Positions 39,918 to 49,752 of a stretch of DNA of 64,000 nucleotides are shown one piece after another. Source of the stretch: Syntrophales bacterium. Lineage in GTDB: Bacteria; Desulfobacterota; Syntrophia; Syntrophales; UBA2185. Where the stretch lies: NCBI GenBank assembly GCA_035685925.1, contig DASRZZ010000009.1, positions 1,195-65,194 of the forward strand, read 5' to 3'. The position numbers and the translations under genes are program-made. The notes beneath the pieces were generated by a model. It was not told where the DNA came from. It did no database searches and saw nothing but the letters and a program-made list of their open reading frames with translations. Position 1 is the stretch's first letter. Each line of letters opens with the position of its first letter.

Positions 39918-41837
39918 ATGTTTCAAAAAATGTCGAACCGCAAAAGCAAGCTAACAATTTGTTTGTTACTAACCTTCATGGTGCTTGTGGCATTTTGGCA
40001 GGTCAAGAACAACGGCTTCGTCAATTACGATGACCCCAGATGCGTTCCAGAAAATGTGCATATCCAACGTGGACTGAATTCAACAGATCTGAAATGGGCC
40101 TTTACGACGAGCCATGCCGGATACTGGCAGCCCTTAACGTGGCTGTCATTCATGCTTGATTTTAAGCTATTCGGTTTAAATCCAACCGGTTACCACATTG
40201 TAAATCTTCTCCTCCATCTCGCCAACAGCATCTTACTTTTTCTCATTCTCACACGTATGACTAGCGCCATGTGGCAAAGCGCTTTTGTGGCTGCCCTGTT
40301 CGCACTTCACCCGTTACATGTGGAGTCTGTGGCCTGGATAGCTGAACGAAAAGATGTTCTCTCCGCCTTTTTCTGGATTCTTACTATGGGAGCGTATGTC
40401 TTGTATATCGAGAAACCAGATACGAAAAAGTACCTGCTTGTCGTTTTACTATTTTCCTTCGGGCTCATGGCTAAACCAATGTTGGTAACCTTGCCATTTG
40501 TGCTGCTCCTACTCGACTACTGGCCCCTCGGCCGTTTTCGATCTAGGCAACCTACTTCTTATGAAAAAGTATCTGGATCAAAGAAAAAAAACCCAAGGGC
40601 AAAGTATCCATCTAGCGCAGTTAAGGCTAAGGCAACTCCTCCATATGATCAAGTTCTCTCCTGGCTTTATATCTGGCCCCTCATGCGTGAGAAGATACCT
40701 TTTTTCGTCCTTGCTGTGGCATCAAGCATTATGACTTTTATAGGCCAACAAAAGGCCGGGGCAATGGAGTCCCTTGATATCCTTCCAATAGATGCCCGTT
40801 TAGGCAATGCCCTTATTACTTATGCAAGTTACATTGGAAAGACTTTTTATCCCCATAATCTCGCCGTCTTTTACCCACTTCAGGAAGTGCCTCCATGGGG
40901 AGCCGCACTTGCCGCAGTATTCATATTGGTCGTCGCCGCACTAGTTATACGAAGGGCAAAGACGATGCCTTATTTGGCTGTGGGATGGCTCTGGTATTTG
41001 GTCACCTTGGTTCCTGTCATAGGTGTCATACAGGTGGGGATGCAATCCATGGCGGACCGTTATACCTATATCCCGCTGATTGGTCTCTTCGTTGCAATGG
41101 CTTGGGCAATTTCAGATCTCACAAAAAATTGGCGTCATCGCCAAGTAGCTCTCGCTACTGCCGGTGGCATGATTTTATCAGCCTGTATATGTCTAACTTT
41201 CATTCAGGTGAAACAGTGGCAAAACAGCTTTACCCTTTTTGAGCATGCCATCCAGGCTGTAGATAACAACTATCTGGCACACAACAATCTGGGAGTTGCC
41301 TTATCCGATATTGGCAAGAATGAGGAGGCCGTAGCCCATTATTCAGAGGCTATCAGAATAAAACCAACCTATGAAAATGCCCATTTCAATCTGGCAAACC
41401 ATTTATCAAAACAAGGCCGAACTGACGAGGCCATTGAGCACTATTTGGAGGTCTTGAAACTACGGCCGAATTATTCAAAGGCACATAATAACCTCGCATT
41501 GCTGCTGACCTTGAAACATAATTTCGGGGAGGCCATTGTCCATTATAGAGCAGCGTTGCAAAGCGACCCGACAAATGCAGGTATACACCATAATCTGGGA
41601 ATCGCCTTGATGGCAATACACGGTTATGTGGAGGCTCGCGATCAATTCCAGGAGGTCGTAAAGATTAACCCTGGTTCGGCTGAAGCATACAACGACCTTG
41701 GGATAGTCTCAGCACAGTTGGGAAAGACCGATGAAGCGATCGGCTATTTCAGGCATGCGTTGTGGCTGAGACCGGGATATGATGCTGCTCGTAAGAACTT
41801 GGTATTAGCATTGGAAGCCCAAAAAAAGTCTCGATGA
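39918..41837 (+). CDS. TMTC/PMT-like polytopic membrane protein with C-terminal TPR repeats (paralog 1)
   Basis: Multi-TM N-half with the FVNYDD, HIVNLLLHLANS and HPLHVESVAWIAERKDVLS motifs of GT-C/DUF1736 proteins. The C-half holds about six TPR repeats (AHNNLG...). Confidence 0.7.
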   Translation: MFQKMSNRKSKLTICLLLTFMVLVAFWQVKNNGFVNYDDPRCVPENVHIQRGLNSTDLKWAFTTSHAGYWQPLTWLSFMLDFKLFGLNPTGYHIVNLLLHLANSILLFLILTRMTSAMWQSAFVAALFALHPLHVESVAWIAERKDVLSAFFWILTMGAYVLYIEKPDTKKYLLVVLLFSFGLMAKPMLVTLPFVLLLLDYWPLGRFRSRQPTSYEKVSGSKKKNPRAKYPSSAVKAKATPPYDQVLSWLYIWPLMREKIPFFVLAVASSIMTFIGQQKAGAMESLDILPIDARLGNALITYASYIGKTFYPHNLAVFYPLQEVPPWGAALAAVFILVVAALVIRRAKTMPYLAVGWLWYLVTLVPVIGVIQVGMQSMADRYTYIPLIGLFVAMAWAISDLTKNWRHRQVALATAGGMILSACICLTFIQVKQWQNSFTLFEHAIQAVDNNYLAHNNLGVALSDIGKNEEAVAHYSEAIRIKPTYENAHFNLANHLSKQGRTDEAIEHYLEVLKLRPNYSKAHNNLALLLTLKHNFGEAIVHYRAALQSDPTNAGIHHNLGIALMAIHGYVEARDQFQEVVKINPGSAEAYNDLGIVSAQLGKTDEAIGYFRHALWLRPGYDAARKNLVLALEAQKKSR

Positions 41838-41936
41838 TGATGCATGATCCCCTTTACATTTTCGTAATGACTCTAGAACCTCCACTGCAAACACCGAAAC
41901 AATTTTGTGATCCTTACCATCTTAATAAGATAATAC

Positions 41937-42473
41937 TCAAAGCTTTCGTAATGTTAGCATGGACGATCTTTTCCTCCGTGAAAGTCTCCTCGATGAACCT
42001 TTCCTCTTTGTTCTTCTTTCCGTTGCGTCGTCATCTTCTTGCACAAATTTTTCTTCCCCACGGCAGGTATCGTCAATCGCGACGGTTTTCACTTTTTCCA
42101 ACAACTCGGCAAACTCATGAGATGATATTGCCGTCCCTCCTCGCCGGTCGACAAAATCAGCAATGTCCCGGTCCGATGTCACGACAACAATTTCTTCTGC
42201 CCTTTTTTGAACCATCCGTTTGATAACTTCGTCTGCTTTTTCGCCCTTCCGGGAATATATAATGTCAGTACCTAAGAGTTTATCTCTCTCCTCCTCGATG
42301 GGTCCACCCTGCCAGCCGTCGAAGACGACAGTCACCTTGTGTCCTCTCCGTGCTTTGTAATAGGATACACTTCGTATCAGGGCATTTCTGCCTGCCTCCA
42401 GGCTTAATCTTTCATGCTTCCTCAGTGCATCAGACTGCCTTATCAGATTGTACCCATCAATTATGATGTGCAT
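41937..42473 (-). CDS. NYN/YacP-like (Rae1-type) ribonuclease domain protein
   Basis: MHIIIDGYNLI..., VTVVFDG, and VVTSDRDIADF are typical of the COG3688 family. Basic C-terminal tail. Start taken at the internal Met. Confidence 0.65.
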   Translation of the reverse strand: MHIIIDGYNLIRQSDALRKHERLSLEAGRNALIRSVSYYKARRGHKVTVVFDGWQGGPIEEERDKLLGTDIIYSRKGEKADEVIKRMVQKRAEEIVVVTSDRDIADFVDRRGGTAISSHEFAELLEKVKTVAIDDTCRGEEKFVQEDDDATERRTKRKGSSRRLSRRKRSSMLTLRKL

Positions 42474-42942
42474 GATGGCCGGTGCCTGCTCCATTTCATT
42501 GCTTGTTGAAGTCAGACAGGAAAGACGGCTCTTTTTGCGTCGCACGGTTGGCATCTTACGCCAAATTATTTATTGCCGGCAAAAGCCTATTTTCTCTTGA
42601 CCTCGACACTGCGATTCTGCTATTTTTCACTGGTTCTTATAATAGAAAATTCTTTGCAGGTCAATTCCTACCTTAATGACTTATGCACGCAAGCGACAAA
42701 CTGGATATGCCATCCTGCAATGATGAAGATTAAGATATCACAAATTTTGATATTAACAAAGATTTTCGCTGCGAACAACTACTCAAGGATGCAAACCAAC
42801 GAACGGAAAAAGATGGATTTGTATAAAGTGTAAGGTTCAGGCAAGTCCCACAACAACCTCATTGTTGCCGGACCTCTCAAGGCCGGTATGAATATCATTA
42901 ATAGAATTCAACTGAAAAAATCATATCATAAGGAGGACAAAA

Positions 42943-44085
42943 ATGGACTTTGAATTGAATGATGAACTGAAGATGTTGAAGGAGATGTCATACAAATTTG
43001 CCCAGGCTGAGTTTACCGGCATATCCCATGAATGTGACGAGGGAGAGAAATACACCCCCGATATTCGTAGAAAGGCCGCTGACAATGGACTCATCGGGGC
43101 ATGGATCCCCGAAGAATATGGTGGCGCGGGGGCAGGTTTTTTAGGCAATACAATCATCATGGAGGAATTGTCCAAGGTGGACATGGGTATTGGTTTGAAT
43201 GTTGTTGCTGCTACATTTGGTTGCGAATCGATATTGCATTTCGGATCGGAAGAACAGAAGAAGGCATATCTCCCACCCGTATGCCGAGGTGAATGGGTCA
43301 GCGCCGGAGCATTTACGGAACCCAATGCGGGCACGGATGTAGCTGGATACAAGACAAAAGCCTTAAAAGACGGAAATGACTATGTCATAACGGGGAATAA
43401 GATGTTCATAACCAATGGAAGTGTCTGTAACTTCATGGTGGCCCAGTGCATCACCAACCCGGAAGAAAAGAAGCACAACAGCTTCAGCCTCATCATAGTT
43501 CCTGCCGACACCAAAGGAATAACGAGGAACAAGATCCACGGAAAGATGGGAATACGTTCCAGCGACACGGCAGAAATAGCCTTAGAAGATGTGCGTGTTC
43601 CCCGCTCCAATCTGGTAGGCAAGGAAGGAAATGGCTTCCGCCAGTTGATGCATTTCTTCGATACGACCAGGGTGATGGTGGCCGCCCAGGCCCTGGGCCT
43701 CGCCGAGGCCTGTCTGGAAACAAGCATTAAGTACGTAAAAGAGAGAACGGCCTTTGGAGCCCCTCTCGGTGCTTTCCAGTTGACGCAGATGAAATTGACG
43801 GAGATGGCGATAAAAATAGAGGCCTTGCGCGGCCTCATTTATAAATCAGCATGGCTTCTCGATCAGGGCAGGCCGGACTATACACTCGCCGCCATGGCAA
43901 AATACTATGGAGGCCAGACAGCGGTCTTCTGTGCTAATTATGCTGTAGAGCTTCACGGCGGCTACGGCTACATAGATGAGTACAACGTCCAGAAATGGTA
44001 CCGCGATGCCAAGATACTTGAACTCTATGAAGGAACCAAAGAAGCTGAAATAATGACCATCGGGAGGATGCTGCAGGCACGGTAA
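42943..44085 (+). CDS. Acyl-CoA dehydrogenase (short/medium-chain type)
   Basis: Motifs GAFTEPNAGTDV, FITNG, YEGTKEAE. 380 aa. Confidence 0.9.
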   Translation: MDFELNDELKMLKEMSYKFAQAEFTGISHECDEGEKYTPDIRRKAADNGLIGAWIPEEYGGAGAGFLGNTIIMEELSKVDMGIGLNVVAATFGCESILHFGSEEQKKAYLPPVCRGEWVSAGAFTEPNAGTDVAGYKTKALKDGNDYVITGNKMFITNGSVCNFMVAQCITNPEEKKHNSFSLIIVPADTKGITRNKIHGKMGIRSSDTAEIALEDVRVPRSNLVGKEGNGFRQLMHFFDTTRVMVAAQALGLAEACLETSIKYVKERTAFGAPLGAFQLTQMKLTEMAIKIEALRGLIYKSAWLLDQGRPDYTLAAMAKYYGGQTAVFCANYAVELHGGYGYIDEYNVQKWYRDAKILELYEGTKEAEIMTIGRMLQAR

Positions 44086-44159
44086 CACTGAGAAAGGATG
44101 CCCCTGTCCCCGGTCCCAATGAATCAGGAGACATGGGCATCCCATTATTAGATGGAACT

Positions 44160-44816
44160 TCAGCCGCCGATGAGCGCCTTCATGGCCTTGATGGTATGGG
44201 CGTAATCTCCGCTCCCAAATATGGTTGCGCCCGACACTATGATGTCTGCACCGGCTTCGGCAACTGATCTGATATTGTTGAGCGTTATGCCGCCGTCAAC
44301 CTCGATCAGGCAATCAGACGAAGCGGCCTTCACCATTTCCCTCGCCTTTCTTATCTTCGGCAGGACACCCTCAATAAATTTTTGCCCCCCGAATCCGGGA
44401 TTAACGGACATGATGAGGATCAGATCGACGTCTCTCAGAACCGGCTCAACGTGAAGGAGGGGTGTCGCGGGATTTAGAGATACCCCCGCCTTGACGCCCT
44501 TTTCCTTTATCTGCTCAATCGTCCTGTTGAGATGCCATGAGGTTTCAACATGAACGGTAATGATATCGCTCCCGGCATCGGCAAAGGAATCGACGTACTG
44601 CTCAGGATTCGTTATCATCAGATGCACATCGAAAGGTAATTTCGTGATCTTGCGAAGCCATTTTACCGGCGTGGGACCGATCGTGATATTGGGAACGAAA
44701 TGACCGTCCATGACGTCAATGTGTATCTGGTCGGCGCCGGCTGCCTCAACGGACACGATTTCTTCACCGAGTCTGCTGAAGTCAGCAGAAAGGATGGAAG
44801 GGGCAATCTTTTTCAT
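44160..44816 (-). CDS. rpe: Ribulose-phosphate 3-epimerase
   Basis: Motifs IAPSILSADF, HIDVMDGHFVPN, MSVNPGFGGQKF, VDGGI. Start at MKKIAPS. Confidence 0.9.
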   Translation of the reverse strand: MKKIAPSILSADFSRLGEEIVSVEAAGADQIHIDVMDGHFVPNITIGPTPVKWLRKITKLPFDVHLMITNPEQYVDSFADAGSDIITVHVETSWHLNRTIEQIKEKGVKAGVSLNPATPLLHVEPVLRDVDLILIMSVNPGFGGQKFIEGVLPKIRKAREMVKAASSDCLIEVDGGITLNNIRSVAEAGADIIVSGATIFGSGDYAHTIKAMKALIGG

Positions 44817-45117
44817 CGTAAGCCTTCTTTTTCTTTCTTTTGAATGTTCTGAGAAAGTTTGCAGTGCCACTCCCTACGAACGAAGGCTACTACACATCAT
44901 CCCAAAAACAGAATTATGAGGAATCTAAATATATCTCGTTTCCAAATGACTGAAAAAGTGTTTTTCAATATCGCCCCTCTCGAAAAAGAGCATGATGCGT
45001 TTTTTAATACAACATCGACAAAGCCCTGTCAATATCTACTCACCAGGAGAAAAGACCCTTGACAAAATATTCTTAAGAGCCCATGCTCCCGCCAAAAGAA
45101 TTACAGGATGGCAATCG

Positions 45118-46413
45118 ATGTACCTTCTCTATGACATTTTGCTGTTCATGGCAGCCTTGTTTGCCCTCCCTTACTACGCTGTCAAAATGGTGCTCACGGG
45201 AAAGTACAGAAAGAGCCTTGGGCCTAAGCTGGGCCTCGTCGGTCCTACCGTCTTTGAGAAGATGGAGGGCAAACCCAGAATATGGATACATGCTGTTTCC
45301 GTAGGTGAGGTGACGGCTGCTGAGCCAATTGTTGCCTCGTTAAGAACGCACTTGCCAGAGGCCTGCATTGTAATATCCACCAGCACGGAAACAGGCCAGG
45401 ACATGGCCAGGCAGATTGTCACCGGAGCTACCTCTTTTATATATTACCCCCTCGACATCCCATTTGTTGTAAAAAAGGTTATCACGAGGGTGAGACCTGA
45501 TATCTTTATTCTTACAGAAACGGAACTCTGGCCCAATTTTATCAGAGTGTGCAAAGAGAAGGGTGCAAAGATTACAATGGTTAATGGTCGCATCTCTCGA
45601 CACTCCTATCAGAAGTATGCCATGACAAGGTTCTTCTGGAAAAGCATCTTAAATTTGATAGACGGAATGGGCGTGATTTCGGAAATTGATGCCCAGCGAC
45701 TGGAGAACATCGGCGTGGCACGATCGATGGTTCGTGTCATGGGGAACGCAAAGTATGACAGCTTAGCAGCGACGGCATCCCCTTCTGTCCGGGAAGAGAT
45801 GGAAAGAAGACTGAACCTCACAAAAACGGATAAGGTCTTCGTGGCGGGAAGCACCCATGACGGTGAAGAGAAGATAGTCCTCAATGTTTACAGGCGCCTC
45901 CTTGAGATATACCCTGATTTCAAATTGATTATCGTCCCCCGACACCCTGAAAGAGGTCATGCAGTCCTATCCTTGGTGAAGGAAACCGGCTTTGCAGATT
46001 GCATGACTATGACTGAGATCAACGACGGCAGGCACCGGACCGACGAGCGGATCATTGTTATAGATGTCATCGGTGAACTGTTCAAGGTATACTCTCTCGC
46101 TTCAGTGGTCTTCTGCGGCGGTTCCCTTGTCCCGAAGGGTGGGCAGAACATCCTCGAACCTGCCGCATGGGGCAAGGTCATCTTTTACGGACCATCTATG
46201 GAAGACTTCACGGATGAAAAGGAACTCTTGGAAAAGGCCGAGGCGGGTATAACGGTTAAAGATGGTGAAGAATTGCTCGACGGTATCCTCAAGCTCATGT
46301 CTGATCCTGATGCACTTGCCAGGAAGGGAGAAAAGGGACGGAAAATTGTGATCGCTAATATGGGGGCCGCAGAGAGGTATGCCGAGATGGTAATGTCATA
46401 CATTAAGAGATAA
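45118..46413 (+). CDS. waaA: 3-deoxy-D-manno-octulosonic acid (Kdo) transferase
   Basis: N-terminal membrane anchor, IWIHAVSVGE, ELWPN, and a GGSLVP.GGQNILEPAA C-terminal domain. Start taken at MYLLYD (45118). Confidence 0.85.
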   Translation: MYLLYDILLFMAALFALPYYAVKMVLTGKYRKSLGPKLGLVGPTVFEKMEGKPRIWIHAVSVGEVTAAEPIVASLRTHLPEACIVISTSTETGQDMARQIVTGATSFIYYPLDIPFVVKKVITRVRPDIFILTETELWPNFIRVCKEKGAKITMVNGRISRHSYQKYAMTRFFWKSILNLIDGMGVISEIDAQRLENIGVARSMVRVMGNAKYDSLAATASPSVREEMERRLNLTKTDKVFVAGSTHDGEEKIVLNVYRRLLEIYPDFKLIIVPRHPERGHAVLSLVKETGFADCMTMTEINDGRHRTDERIIVIDVIGELFKVYSLASVVFCGGSLVPKGGQNILEPAAWGKVIFYGPSMEDFTDEKELLEKAEAGITVKDGEELLDGILKLMSDPDALARKGEKGRKIVIANMGAAERYAEMVMSYIKR

Positions 46414-46495
46414 ATTGTGCATCAACGCATTCCATATGTGATGCTGATAAATGGTCAAACTTGATAACTGATGTCGCCCTTTGATATAGACAGTG

Positions 46496-47395
46496 TCAGC
46501 CCTCGGCCCGCTTCAGGTATTCATTCCATCTCGTGTCAACCCACCTTTGGAGCTGCCTCAGCTGCTCGATGCTCATCTTCCGGAACCGTCCCTGTCTCTC
46601 CACATAATTGATGACCGGTAGCTTGTTTCCTTTTTCCGCCAGTGTTTTACTTCTCCCGGTAAAGCGAAATTTGCCGTTCTCAATCTCGAAGAGCACCACG
46701 ATCCCCGTCTCTACAGCAAGTCTGCCGATGCGCACAGTGTCCTTGGGCGCATAACCCCATCCCGGAGGGCACGGGACGGCGATCTGCATATAACGAGCTC
46801 CTTTGATGCGCTTGGCTTTGACGAATTTATCGTAGAGGTCAATCGGATAGGCCGGCGAAGTAGTGGCAAGATAAGGCAGGTCATGGGCTTCCATGATTCG
46901 CAGCATATCCTTCTTGTGCTGCTGCTTGGTCAGCACCGGCGTGGTAGAGGTCAATGCCCCCATGGGCGTGGCGCTGGAACGCTGTGTACCGGTATTCATA
47001 TACCCCTCGTTGTCATAGCAGATGTAGATGAAGTCCGTGCCTCTTTCGGCTGCCCCGCTCAGAGCCTGGATTCCCATGTCGAAAGTGCCTCCATCTCCGG
47101 CAATTGCCACGACGGTGATGTCTGTGCGATTAAGGGCATTCAAGCCGGCGACAAGACCCGACGCAGAAGCCGCCGTACTGGCAAACGTACAATTCAGCGC
47201 AGGAACGGTCACGGAAGTCGTCGGATATAGACCATGGAGTACGGTCAGACAACAGGCGGGGAAGGTCAGAATTGTATTTTCGCGCAATGCTTTCAGCACA
47301 TAGCGATACGCAAGAGATAAGCCACAACCCTGACACGCCCTCTGACCCGGGAGCATGTACTCTTCAATATTTACCTTAAACAGGTTCTCTGGCAT
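46496..47395 (-). CDS. 2-oxoacid:ferredoxin oxidoreductase, beta (TPP-binding) subunit
   Basis: CQGCG..., GDGG.FDMG, and a PCP.GWG C-terminal region. Confidence 0.85.
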   Translation of the reverse strand: MPENLFKVNIEEYMLPGQRACQGCGLSLAYRYVLKALRENTILTFPACCLTVLHGLYPTTSVTVPALNCTFASTAASASGLVAGLNALNRTDITVVAIAGDGGTFDMGIQALSGAAERGTDFIYICYDNEGYMNTGTQRSSATPMGALTSTTPVLTKQQHKKDMLRIMEAHDLPYLATTSPAYPIDLYDKFVKAKRIKGARYMQIAVPCPPGWGYAPKDTVRIGRLAVETGIVVLFEIENGKFRFTGRSKTLAEKGNKLPVINYVERQGRFRKMSIEQLRQLQRWVDTRWNEYLKRAEG

Positions 47396-47399
47396 CTTC

Positions 47400-48608
47400 T
47401 CACCCCGTAAAACAGTTTAGCCACTTTGACATAGGTTCCGTATCCCCTGCAGTGATCGCATCCCGTGACGATCGCACGGCTTCGGCGAGTTCCCTCGCCT
47501 TGACATCCCGGCCGCCAAGACCGCAGATGTAGTTGTGGATAGGCAGCCGGATATCCGTCCCATAAAAGGCCGCCTTGATTTCGGAACACAGGGCTCCTTC
47601 ATATCCGTAACTGATCCCTTTTTCGAAGATGCAGACAGCCTTTGCCTTCTTGAAGGCCGTGCGGACATCCTCTTTCGGGAAGGGCCTGAAGACCCTGATT
47701 CCGACAACTCCAGCTTTGATCCCCCCCTGTCTCAGCATATCCGCTGCCGTGGTGGCTTCGCTTGCCACAGAACCCATCCCCACGAGCATTATCTCGGCAT
47801 CTTCTGTCTTATATTGCCATAACATGCCGCCATGATCCCGCCCAAAGGCCCTGGCAAATTGAATACTCGTAGAGATAATAACGTCACGAGATTCGTCGAG
47901 GGCTTTCTGAAGTTTGTGGCGCATTTCCATATATCCGTCACAGAGGATACCTTCCGCATTAGCCCTTCGCCACGGGAAGAGGACAGGGTTGATGTTCATG
48001 GGAGCCTCTGGTGACAGGACTGTGTGAGGCTTATAAGCAGGCAGGAAATCAGAGACAGACCCGGCATCGGGGATCTCCACGGGCATCATCGTATGAGACA
48101 TGACGAAACCATCGTAGCAGATCATTACAGGTACATAGACGGACTCGGCAACCCGGTACGCCTGAATGATGGAGTCAATAATCTCCTGGTTGTCCCGGCA
48201 GTAAATCTGTATCCAGCCCGTATCTCTCTGCGCTATGGAATCCTGCTGGTCGTTAAAGATCGTCCACGGCGCTCCCACTCCCCGGTTGATGCAGCACATC
48301 ACGATAGGCAGCCTTGAACCGGCGGCCCAATGGATCTGCTCATGCATGTAAAGCAGTCCCTGGGAACTGGTAGAGGTGAAGACGCGTGCCCCCACGGTGG
48401 ATGCCGATATGCAAACCGCAAGCGCGGAATGCTCGGATTCAACGCGGATATATTCCGCCTTGAGCTCTCCGCCCTCAATCAACTGGGAAAGCATCTCCGT
48501 TACAGAGGTCTGCGGTGTTATGGGATAGGCTGCCACGACCTGAACATGGCTGAGCTTTGCCCCGAGAGCCGCAGCTTGGTTGCCTGTCATGATTTGTACT
48601 TCAGCCAT
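47400..48608 (-). CDS. 2-oxoacid:ferredoxin oxidoreductase, alpha subunit
   Basis: TGNQAAALGA..., AAYPITPQT and ESEHSA motifs typical of POR/VOR alpha. Confidence 0.85.
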   Translation of the reverse strand: MAEVQIMTGNQAAALGAKLSHVQVVAAYPITPQTSVTEMLSQLIEGGELKAEYIRVESEHSALAVCISASTVGARVFTSTSSQGLLYMHEQIHWAAGSRLPIVMCCINRGVGAPWTIFNDQQDSIAQRDTGWIQIYCRDNQEIIDSIIQAYRVAESVYVPVMICYDGFVMSHTMMPVEIPDAGSVSDFLPAYKPHTVLSPEAPMNINPVLFPWRRANAEGILCDGYMEMRHKLQKALDESRDVIISTSIQFARAFGRDHGGMLWQYKTEDAEIMLVGMGSVASEATTAADMLRQGGIKAGVVGIRVFRPFPKEDVRTAFKKAKAVCIFEKGISYGYEGALCSEIKAAFYGTDIRLPIHNYICGLGGRDVKARELAEAVRSSRDAITAGDTEPMSKWLNCFTG

Positions 48609-48909
48609 TTTTCTCCTCTTCGTTCACCATGGTTATCGCTTTTCCGGGACACTCCTCGGCGCAAATGCCGCAACCCTTGCAATATTCCAGGTCGATTTCC
48701 AAGGGGATCGTTGCCTTGATTACTCCTTCCGGACAATAGAGCCAGCAGAGAAAGCAGGCAGCCTTTTTTTTGATGGAGGGGATACACTTTGAATGATCGC
48801 ATAGGGGTCTCAGGTCCCGCCAGTCCCCTGTCTTCCCCGCCTCTCCAGTGGCTGGTGTGGCCATGGCGGAAATATTTGTGTCTTTTTTCTTCACAACTGT
48901 TGTCCTCAC
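48601..48909 (-). CDS. 2-oxoacid:ferredoxin oxidoreductase, delta (2x[4Fe-4S]) subunit
   Basis: Two Cys clusters, C..CWLYCPEG and CKGCGICAEECP. Confidence 0.8.
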   Translation of the reverse strand: MRTTVVKKKDTNISAMATPATGEAGKTGDWRDLRPLCDHSKCIPSIKKKAACFLCWLYCPEGVIKATIPLEIDLEYCKGCGICAEECPGKAITMVNEEEKNG

Positions 48910-49472
48910 TCGGCAGCTCGTATTAAAGTCTGTTCAAATGCATCACGCAGTGCGGCGAAATTGGCAGAGGAGACGGCACCTGATAATTTACCCTTAAGTC
49001 CCTTTCCCATTGCATCGAGAGACACAAGGTTTGATGCCCTGGCAAATGCCCCCAGCATCGTAGTATTGACAATCGGCTTGCCCTCTCTGACGAGATGGTG
49101 TTTGAGGGCAATATTTCCGGCATCAATCGTGGCTACGTTGATCTTCACATCAAAATTGAGCCCATCAGGTTTCAAGGGGGTGTTGACGATGATAAGTCCC
49201 CCCTCTTTGAGCGTTGCCATAATATTTACAGCAGAAAGGAGAGATGAATCCAAAACAATGGATATATCTGCACGCTCAATCTGTGAGACCATCCGGATGG
49301 GCTCTGAAGAGATCCTGGTTGAAGCTGTTAGGGGGGCACCCCTTCTTTCCGGGCCGAAGGTCGGTGCCGAGGTGACCCCTCTGAATCCTTGGATGTAGGC
49401 TGCTTCCGCCAGGATTTGTGCCGCTAACACAACGCCCTGACCGCCTCTTCCGTGCCATATTACTTCATGCAT
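48906..49472 (-). CDS. 2-oxoacid:ferredoxin oxidoreductase, gamma subunit
   Basis: WHGRGGQGVVLAAQILAEAA and FGPERRGAP. The gamma-delta-alpha-beta order matches four-subunit POR/VOR enzymes. Substrate cannot be assigned from sequence alone. Confidence 0.85.
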   Translation of the reverse strand: MHEVIWHGRGGQGVVLAAQILAEAAYIQGFRGVTSAPTFGPERRGAPLTASTRISSEPIRMVSQIERADISIVLDSSLLSAVNIMATLKEGGLIIVNTPLKPDGLNFDVKINVATIDAGNIALKHHLVREGKPIVNTTMLGAFARASNLVSLDAMGKGLKGKLSGAVSSANFAALRDAFEQTLIRAAE

Positions 49473-49494
49473 GACGCTAATCCTTGCAGACTAT

Positions 49495-49535
49495 TTAAAA
49501 TAAAAAGGCCATGGATTTGTTGCCCATGGCCTTTA
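49495..49535 (-). terminator. Intrinsic terminator on the minus strand, abutting the oxidoreductase gamma-subunit RBS
   Basis: On the minus strand, AAAGGCCATGG-loop-CCATGGCCTTT is followed by TTTTTATTTT. It ends about 25 nt before the ATG at 49472. Confidence 0.55.
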
Positions 49536-49701
49536 GGATGATATCTAGGTAGTCTTATCCTGTCCTAAAAACGGCGGGCGACGCGGATAGCCGCGCCAAG
49601 AGAAGAGCGAGGAGGAGCAACCGATATGCACACAAAACAAAAACCCCTCTTCTCATTGATACAAAGGCCATTTTCAGGAAATCCTATCCGAATTTTTTGA
49701 A

Positions 49702-49730
49702 CGTATAGAATAAACGGCAGCAGATGTCAA
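49702..49730 (-). promoter_or_regulatory. Candidate sigma70-type promoter in the spacer upstream of the oxidoreductase operon
   Basis: On the minus strand: TTGACA, a 17-nt spacer, then TATACG. Confidence 0.3.
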
Positions 49731-49752
49731 TAGACAAATCATACCCCGATAC

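Noticed and set aside
42729-42753. Near-palindrome AGATATCA-N7-TGATATTA upstream of the 380-aa ACAD
   Set aside because: It is short, imperfect and AT-rich. No adjacent regulator gene supports an operator call.
44095-44150. 8-bp inverted repeat GGATGCCC...GGGCATCC between the convergent ACAD and rpe genes
   Set aside because: The loop is 32 nt and there is no U-tract on either strand, so I do not call it a terminator.
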